A stretch of 64,000 nucleotides of DNA from an uncultured bacterium. GTDB lineage: Bacteria > Patescibacteriota > Gracilibacteria > Absconditabacterales > Absconditicoccaceae. The notes under the pieces were generated by a model. It was not told the origin of the DNA and did no database searches. It saw only the letters and a list, made by a program, of their open reading frames with translations. Of this stretch, positions 56,601 through 64,000 are shown one piece after another. The translations under genes and the position numbers were made by a program. Each line of letters opens with the position of its first letter. The stretch's first letter is position 1. Where the stretch lies: positions 100,688 to 164,687 of the forward strand of contig CAUSVV010000002.1 of assembly GCA_963535415.1 (NCBI GenBank), read 5' to 3'.

Positions 56601-58061
56601 ATGTCAAACGTAAAAGACCTTTTACCAACACTTAATGATCATCAATTGGCTTATGTCAATCTTGATCTCCCAAATCCAAAAAATGGACAATATATGCTTG
56701 TTGCAGCTCACTTTCAACCTGGAAAATCAATGAACATTCTCCAGGCAGCTTGTGAAGTTGCAGCTGAATCATCTACTGGAACAAATTTCCTAGTTGAGAC
56801 GGAAACAGCCTTTTCAAAAGAAATGAATGCCCTTGTTTACAAGGTGGATGTAGAAAAAGAGCTTATCTGGATCGCATACCCATGGAGACTTTTTGATAGA
56901 GGTTGAAATATTCAGAATATTCTAACCTATATTGCAGGAAATGTCTTTGGAATGAAGGAAGTAAAAGCATTAAAAATTCTTGATGTATGGTTTCCACCTG
57001 CAATGCTTGAACAATACGACGGACCAAGCTATACCCTAGCAGACATGAGAAAATACCTCAATGTTTACAATAGACCAATCCTAGGAACCATCATCAAACC
57101 AAAGATGGGACTTACCTCTGCTGAATACGCTGAGGTGTGTTACGATTTTTGGGTATGAGGAGGAGACTTTGTAAAAAATGATGAACCACAAGCAAATCAG
57201 GATTTTTGTCCTTATGATAAAATGGTCAAACACGTAAAGGAAGCTATGGACAAAGCAGTAAAAGAAACCTGACAGAAAAAGGTACACTCTTTCAATGTAT
57301 CAGCTGCTGATTACGATACCATGATCGAAAGATGTGAAATGATTAGAAACGCAGGATTTGAACCAGGATCTTATGCATTCCTAATTGATGGTACAACAGC
57401 AGGTTGGATGGCAGTTCAAACCTTGAGAAGAAAATATCCAGATGTATTTATCCACTTTCATAGAGCTGGGCATGGTGCATTCACTAGACCAGAAAACCCT
57501 ATTGGATACTCAGTTTTAGTCCTTTCAAAATTTGCAAGACTCGCTGGAGCTTCTGGAATCCATACAGGAACTGCAGGAGTTGGGAAAATGGCTGGAGATA
57601 AAGCAGAAGATGTAACTGCAGCAGAAGGTATCAGATATATGAAAAAGACTGGACATATCTTTGAACAGTCTTGGGGAACAATTCCTGAAACGGATAAAGA
57701 CTTTGTAACGCTCGTACAAAGAGACGAAGATAACGAAGAAGTACTTACTGATGATAGCTGGAGAGCAATCAAGACCTGCTGCCCTATCATCTCCGGAGGT
57801 CTTAACCCAACTCTTCTCAAACCTTTCATTGATCTCATGGGAAATGTAGACTTCATCACAACAATGGGTGCGGGATGTCACGCTCATCCAAAGGGAACTC
57901 AGTCAGGAGCTAAAGCTCTTGTGCAAGCCTGTGAAGCATATCAAAAAGGAGTAGATATTCATGAATATGCTAAAAATAAGCCTGAACTCGCTGAAGCAAT
58001 TGCATTCTTTGAAAAACCATCTACAAAAGAAAAGATGAAAACACTTAGAATTGCAGCATAA
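56601..58061 (+). CDS. rbcL: RuBisCO large subunit, form II/III-like
   Basis: GTIIKPKMGL, GGDFVKNDEPQ (carbamylated Lys and metal ligands), HFHRAGHGA, SGIHTGT, SGGL and GAGCHAHPKG. Track ORFs 56601-56906, 56952-57158 and 57321-58061 share one frame. An insertion EQSWGTIPETDKDFVTLVQRDEDNEEVL lies before SGGL. Confidence 0.9.
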
Positions 58062-58097
58062 TAAAAAATCTGACTTTTAAACCAACGAAAAACAAAA

Positions 58098-58634
58098 ATG
58101 AGCCAACTACAACAGGTCGTTCAGTTCGCTATTGAAAAATCAGCAACCACACTACTCAATCACTTCAAAAACCAATACGGAAGTCTGATTTTTCTTCCCC
58201 TATGAGTAAACGACCAGACTCCTCATAAAATTGCACCTAAAGTTGCTGAAAGTATTTTCACATCAGGACTCTTAACTCAAAAAGCTGACTGAAAATACCT
58301 ACTCTCTTTTACCGATGAAAAGGTCTGAATCGTATACGATAGCTTTCTAACAAGCTTTATCGACACGCTAAACTTTATCGCAAAAGGAGTAATGAGTACA
58401 CTGGGAATGAAAATGTTCTGGAGTGATTTTGCTCGCCTCTTAGCTGAGAAAAAAATAACTAACCCAGCAACTTATGAAAAACGAAAGACAAATCTGAAAA
58501 TCATCCTCGATACTTGCTTTGTACAGTTGGTGACTGATCTTCAATCGCAAGGGCTTCAAACAGAAATTACCAATGGAGAAACTCTTTTCCCAACAGTAAA
58601 CGAAGCAAGCTCAAGCCTCAGAATCTTTCAATAA
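58098..58634 (+). CDS. Hypothetical protein (178 aa) co-oriented with RuBisCO
   Basis: Track ORF 58392-58634 extended upstream through three TGA. 36 nt after the rbcL stop. Confidence 0.6.
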
Positions 58635-58686
58635 TAAACAAATATGAGGAGCACATAAGATAATTAAAAAAAATCAATAGATCAAA

Positions 58687-58714
58687 AAAACCTGAATCAA
58701 TCTCAGGTTTTTTC
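58687..58714. terminator. Terminator; 27-nt direct repeat of 56484-56510
   Basis: Identical AAAACCTGAATCAATCTCAGGTTTTTT. The nusB stop abuts it on the other strand. Confidence 0.8.
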
Positions 58715-59326
58715 TTATTTCTTATCTATCAAAATGGCATTCAACAGTCCATTTACCAATTTTGGAGCTCCATCATCAGAATATCTCTTTGCCAGCTCAA
58801 CCATCTCATTGATCACCACAGCAGGCGGCGTATCCATTACCTTTACCTCTAAATACCCCTGCAAAAGACATACCTGATCCATAATATCCATCTGCTCATA
58901 TTGGAAAGTTTGCGTATTCTGATTAACCTTCTCAATCAATTCTTCTTCATAACGAGAAATAGCAGAAGTCACCTTAAAAACATAATCTGTATCAATCTCC
59001 TCAAGTTGCCACTGATCAAAACCATACTTCATCAAATACCCAGCATCCTCCTCCGGACTCTGATTGATCAAATACTCAGTAACTTGTGCCTGGACATATT
59101 CATCAATATGCTCTTGCTGCTGTTTTTTTGATGCTACTTGTTTGAGAAATTCAGCATCAAAAAATGAATTTTCAGCTGGAGTATCAGGAGAAGAAATCTG
59201 ATCTCATGCTTCAGCAACTTTAGATGGCTGAACAATCAGATTTTTTTGCATTGCAGAAAAAAAACAATGCTCGTAAATATAGGATAATACCACTTTCCTC
59301 GCATTGATTCTTTTTCTAATATCCAT
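58715..59326 (-). CDS. nusB: Transcription antitermination factor NusB (long form)
   Basis: N-terminus RINARKVVLSYIY and C-terminus VVINEMVELAKRYSDDGAPKLVNGLLNAI. Track ORF 58715-59071 extended through one TGA. Confidence 0.8.
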
Positions 59327-59360
59327 AGGAATAATCTTCCAGAGCTAAATAATAAGGAGA

Positions 59361-59591
59361 CTAAGCGTCTACTACAGTATCCTTAGCCTTTGACTTAATA
59401 GTAAGAACTTGCTTACCATTATAATATCCACAAGATGGACAAACTCTATGATTTAGTCTATTAGCACCACAGTTTGGACACTTTGCAGTTTGATAAGTAT
59501 TTTCTAATCTCTTAAGATTAATAGATTTCCAAGTTGAGTGTCTTTTACGAGATTGCACTTTACTCACCTTTTTCTTTGGACCAATTGTCAT
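59361..59591 (-). CDS. rpmF: 50S ribosomal protein L32
   Basis: KKKVSKVQSRKRHSTWK and zinc ribbon CPNCG..CPSCG. Confidence 0.9.
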   Translation of the reverse strand: MTIGPKKKVSKVQSRKRHSTWKSINLKRLENTYQTAKCPNCGANRLNHRVCPSCGYYNGKQVLTIKSKAKDTVVDA

Positions 59592-59634
59592 TTGATAAGT
59601 TGTGATTAGTAAATTAAAAAATTATCACTTAATA

Positions 59635-60042
59635 TTACTCAGCCTTTGCCTTTTTTGCAGGAGCCTTCTTTGGAGCTGCTGCTTTCTTAGCTGGAGCTTT
59701 TTTTGCAGGAGCCTTAGCTGTTTTTTCAGCCTTTGGTGCATCCTCTTTTACCTTCAATAGCTCTTCTGGAGAAACTACCTCAACAACAGTCTTAAGATAA
59801 GTTCTTCCATTGAATTTCTTAAAGTTCTTCTTTCTGAATGCAACTACTCCATCAATTGCAGCATGTACTGAAAAATCTGCAGCTTCATAAGTATTTTTTC
59901 CGCATTCATATTTAGAACCTTTTTGTCTAATAATAATATTCCCAGCTAAAACTGGCTGTCCTCCAAAGACCTTGACTCCACGATATTTTGGTTGTGAGTC
60001 CTTTAGATTTTTAACCGAACCAGCGGCTTTTTTGTGTGCCAT
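59635..60042 (-). CDS. rpmA: 50S ribosomal protein L27 with a Lys/Ala-rich C-terminal extension
   Basis: MAHKKAAGS..GNIIIRQKGSK..G.N followed by about 45 extra residues ending AKAPAKKAPAKKAAAPKKAPAKKAKAE. Confidence 0.9.
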   Translation of the reverse strand: MAHKKAAGSVKNLKDSQPKYRGVKVFGGQPVLAGNIIIRQKGSKYECGKNTYEAADFSVHAAIDGVVAFRKKNFKKFNGRTYLKTVVEVVSPEELLKVKEDAPKAEKTAKAPAKKAPAKKAAAPKKAPAKKAKAE

Positions 60043-60308
60043 TATTCCTCAAACAATATAAAAATTTGACTGAAGACCTTTATAGTGATTGGCGATAGAT
60101 AATCAAGAGAAAATAACACAGTTTTTAATTTTCAGCAAAAAACATCAAATAAAAAGCTGAATATATCAGATTTTTTAACTATTTTCTTTAGACATAAAAT
60201 CAAGAGAAAAATAAAGATAAAAAAATCTCTCATTTGAAATTGAAACTCAGAGTAGATTTCATACAATCTGAAATCAGATTTTTACCACTTTTGACATAAA
60301 ATATAAAT

Positions 60309-62609
60309 ATGCAACTCAAAGACTATATCGCCTCAAATCTCAATGATGAACAAACTGCTGCGGCTCTCCATACCAACACATCAGCTCTGATTATCGCTGG
60401 TGCTGGAAGTTGAAAAACAAGGGTACTTACTTACAAGATCGCATATCTAATCTGGTGAAAAAATATCAAAGTAGAGAGAATCTTAGCGGTAACCTTCACC
60501 AACAAAGCAGCAAACGAGATGAAAGAGAGACTGATCAAGCTTTGAGACGAAATTTCTAGCCAATCATTTACAAATGAAGAACAAAAATCTGACTCAGACT
60601 TTTGAGATTTTCTCAATAAAATGAATACAACCACTCCGAGCTCAATGCCGCGCCTTGATTCAAGAAAACTCAAATGGATTGGAACTTTCCACTCAATTTT
60701 CCTCAAAATTCTTAAAGAAGATATCGAAAGGTTGGAAATGAAATACAATAAAAACTTTGGAATCTTAGACGCCGATGATAGCGCAAAAATCATCAGAGAC
60801 ATTCTCAAAAGATATGCAATGGCAGATACCTTCAAACCCCAAGAAGTAAAAAGCTTTATTTCAAAGCAAAAAAACGAAGGAAGAACTGCAGAACTCTTCC
60901 TCAAATATAGCAACGGAAACTATGAAGATCAAATGGGGAAACTCTACCAAGAATACGAAAAGGAACTCGAAAAATCAAACAGCCTTGATTTTGATGATTT
61001 ACTACTCCTCCCCTATCAACTCTTCAAAAAAAATCCTGAAGTCCTTCAAAAATGGCAAAACAGCTTTGACTATATTCTCGTAGATGAAGCTCAAGATACC
61101 AACTGGATCCAATTTGAACTGATGAAAATGATGAGCTGAGAATGAGCAAATATCACACTCATTGGAGATGATTTTCAGAGTATCTATGGACGAAGAGGTG
61201 CACTTATGGAGAACTTTCTCAATGTAAAACAATACTGGCCAGATATCCAAATGTTTAAGCTCCAAACCAATTATCGTTCAAAAGCGCATATCGTCTCAGC
61301 AGGTAATGCTGTTATCAAGCAAAATAAAAACCAATACGAAAAAAACATCATCGCGTATAGAGAATGAAACGACAAAATTACTGTTCTCACGTACAATACC
61401 GATATTGATGAAGCAGCAAATACGATTGATCTCATCAAACAAATGAAAGATAAAGGGAAACTAAAATCACGAGGACAGGTAGCAATCCTCTACAGAACAA
61501 ACTCTCAATCTCAGAATTTTGAATCTCTTTTTGTTCAAGAAGGAATCCCCTACAAAATCTATGGAGCATTTAAATTTTTTGAAAGAAAAGAAATCAAGGA
61601 TATCCTTGCCTATCTCAAAGTGATCAATAATCCGTTTGATACAGTATCGCTCAAGAGAGTGCTGAATATTCCAAACAGAAAAATCTGAAAAACTTCCCTT
61701 GAAAGACTAGAATCCTATGCCTTAGAAATGGGAGTGAGCCTGTATGAAATATTACTCACACTTTCTGAAATGGGAACGACAAAAATAATTGAACAAGAAT
61801 GCTGAATCAAACTGACAACTCCAGCACTCGATGGGATCAAAGATTTTATTGAACTTTTCAATCAATTAACAACAGCGATCAAAACACTTAATCCAGCAGA
61901 TCTTACCGAATATCTTGTCAAAAAAATTGATTATAAAGGCTACCTTATCAAGGAAGAAGACAGTGAACAAACTGCAGAAGAAAAATACGAAAACATTGGA
62001 CAGCTGATCAACATGGCGAGCAAATATGAATTTTGAACCGCAAATGCAAATGAAGAAATCATCAGTTCTGGAGAAGAGTTACTGAGACGATTTTTGGAAG
62101 AAGTAACCCTAATGGTAGATACTATTGAAAATACAGATGAGAATTCTGACGCAGTCAAACTCATGACGATCCACTCTAGTAAAGGACTAGAGTTCCCGGC
62201 TGTCTTTATCGTAGGTGCAGAGGACAATATCTTTCCGCTTGCAAACTCTCTTCTCGAGCCAAAAATGCTAGAAGAAGAAAGGAGACTAATGTATGTCGCA
62301 ATTACTAGAGCCAAAGACGCGCTCTTCATCTCGCATGCAAACAGCAGAATGACCCGAGGACAAACCAAGATGAATCCTGTCAGCAGATTTCTCCAGGAAA
62401 TCCCGAACGATCTGCTCAAATTCTACGACCTTACCAAAGGCTGAGGAGCCCAGCATCAATCTTCAATCACTGAATGAGCAACTGTAAGGCATAAGCTCTT
62501 TGGAACTGGATATGTGCTTGAAATATGGAATAATCTCGGAATTGTAAAATTTCATAATCCAAAATTCTGACTCAGAAAGGTTGAACTCAGATTTTTGGAA
62601 GAATGTTAA
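60309..62609 (+). CDS. pcrA: ATP-dependent DNA helicase PcrA/UvrD
   Basis: AGAGSGKT (Walker A Gly encoded by TGA), TFTNKAANEM, GTFHS, VDEAQDT, TNYRS, LYRTN, MTIHSSKGLEF and YVAITRA. Track ORFs 60621-61139, 61443-61688 and 62094-62444 share one frame. Confidence 0.9.
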
Positions 62610-62643
62610 AACTCCTCTTTTTAGAACCTAGAAAAATCTCAAT

Positions 62644-63687
62644 ATGCAACTGTGCTTTGCACCGATGGATGGGATCACAAATTGTGCAACCCGCCTGATC
62701 ACGAAAAACATTTTTGATCGTTATAAAAATCAAAACGATACCCTACAGCTACGAACTGAGTTTATGAATGCTGATGGTTTTATCATCAATCCAAGCAAAG
62801 TCATCAGGCATATCTTGACCACACCTGAACAACTCCCAATCGCTCAGATCTACTGAGGGAATGAAGCAACACTCCTGCAAACCGCCAAGATCTTAGTTGA
62901 AAAATATGCCGACCAATTCTCAGGGATCGAGCTCAATACCTGATGTCCATCAAACACCGTCATGAAATGTGGTGGTGGCTCTGATATGCTTAGACACCGT
63001 GAAAAAACTATCACAATCATCCAAAATCTTTCAAAAATCGTAAAAAAAAATTCTGATTTATCTTTTTCTGTAAAATCCAGAGCAGGACTTCATGAAGAAG
63101 ACAAACCTGAACAGCTCGACTTCCTAAAAAGTATCGCACCAAGCTGCGATCTGATTAGTATTCACGGGAGAACCCTCAAACAACTCTATACAGGAGATGC
63201 TGATTTTTGATTTATACACCAGGTCAAACAATCGCTCCCCTGCAAAGTTGTCGCCAACTGAGGCATCACCTCTTATCAAATGGCTAAAGAAGTACTTGAT
63301 CAACGGAAATTTGACGGGATCATGATTGGACAAGGCGCTATAGGAAATCCCCGAATCTTCACGCAACATCTCCCATCACTCAGCGAAAAACTAGAGACCA
63401 TGCAAGAACACCTACTCATGATGATAGCCTGCGATCTACGATTTGAACAATGGTGAGAAAAGGTAGATAACTACGCTCTCAACCAACCAACACTCGAAGA
63501 TTTAGAAAAACAAAAAAAACTGATTGATTTTTCAAAAGAATATCGTTCAGTTGTAGAATTTAGAAAATACCTTTTTCAATATATAAAGGGGATACCAGAT
63601 ACTCGCGAACGAAAGCAAAAGGTCATACCTATCAAAACTGTAGGAGAACTTTTCTCTGCATTTGAAGAATTAGCCTCTCATAGATAA
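62644..63687 (+). CDS. dus: tRNA-dihydrouridine synthase
   Basis: APMDGITN, GIELNTGCP, GGGSDML, ISIHGRT and GIMIGQGAIGNP. Track ORFs 62644-62856 and 62962-63210 share one frame. Confidence 0.85.
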
Positions 63688-63805
63688 AACTAACTATCAT
63701 TGCAAGATTTCACTCAAGATGGCATTGCGAACCCAGTGAAGCTATCTAGATAAAATCAAACTTGCTGACTATAATATCTCCACAGCTTCACCTCACAATG
63801 CCTCA

Positions 63806-63838
63806 AGAAAAATCTGAACAAAAATCAGATTTTTTTTC
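63806..63838 (+). terminator. Intrinsic terminator built from an inverted pair of the AAAAATCTGA motif
   Basis: AAAAATCTGA-ACAAAAA-TCAGATTTTTTTT. Confidence 0.65.
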
Positions 63839-63910
63839 TTGTTAAGACTTGTATTCTCTATAAAAAACACTATAAATCAGATAATTTACTTTTTCATATA
63901 TTCATTCAAA

Positions 63911-64000
63911 ATGCAAACGACAAGTATCAAAACGATCTATAAAAGCTACGAATCACTTATCGGAAGCAAGATCATCGTAAACGGACGAGTAAGAAGTCTC
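63911..64000 (+). CDS. Class IIb aminoacyl-tRNA synthetase N-terminus (Asn/Asp/Lys type), partial at the window edge
   Basis: MQTTSIKTIYKSYESLIGSKIIVNGRVRSL resembles the start of the anticodon-binding OB fold. Only 30 codons are visible. Confidence 0.35.
   Translation, partial: MQTTSIKTIYKSYESLIGSKIIVNGRVRSL

Noticed and set aside
57458-57887. Minus-strand ORFs 57458-57859 and 57525-57887
   Set aside because: They are antisense to the RuBisCO large subunit.
60431-62419. Minus-strand ORFs 60431-60913, 61002-61265 and 61940-62419
   Set aside because: They are antisense to the pcrA/uvrD helicase, whose motifs are continuous on the plus strand under code 25.
63690-63910. T-box riboswitch upstream of the aminoacyl-tRNA synthetase gene
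   Set aside because: There is no T-box consensus (AANNNGGGTGGTACCGCG-like) and no specifier-loop architecture. The terminator precedes the promoter-like element rather than following it.

Overview
AT-rich 64-kb chromosomal segment from a bacterium that reads TGA as glycine (genetic code 25), which points to Absconditabacteria/SR1 or Gracilibacteria in the Candidate Phyla Radiation. The supplied six-frame track assumes standard stops and so splits most genes into pieces. Reading through in-frame TGA, with only TAA/TAG as stops, I resolve about 66 CDS, 4 tRNAs (Trp-CCA, Arg-TCG, Arg-CCG, Arg-CCT) and an RNase P RNA. No rRNA, CRISPR array, transposase or integrase was seen. Housekeeping content: dnaG, tig, ruvX, rpoD, rlmE, greA, serS, hisS, adk, murE, mraY, miaA, rpsO, rpsA, nusB, rpmF, rpmA, pcrA, dus. 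There is also a C-terminally truncated uvrB, the competence genes dprA and comFC, and a form II/III-type RuBisCO. The main candidate for an undescribed system is a four-gene minus-strand operon at 44169-52518. It encodes three large helical orphan proteins (645, ~412 and 1348 aa), each with a Gly-rich hydrophobic segment, followed by an NlpC/P60 cell-wall endopeptidase with no signal peptide. Other notable features: a tandem family of independently transcribed small paralogous orphan genes (7216-8804); an orphan three-gene operon (38362-39666); and a strongly over-represented AAAAATCTGA/TCAGATTTTT motif present in most intergenic regions. Three accessory cassettes are bracketed by duplicated terminator hairpins: the RuBisCO cassette, a lipoprotein cassette, and a GNAT island that has a chimeric pseudogene scar. 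Several short transcripts bounded by a promoter and a terminator are also proposed. All coordinates were derived by hand. CDS ends were checked for frame consistency against the ORF track where possible. RNA and hairpin ends may be off by 1-3 nt.
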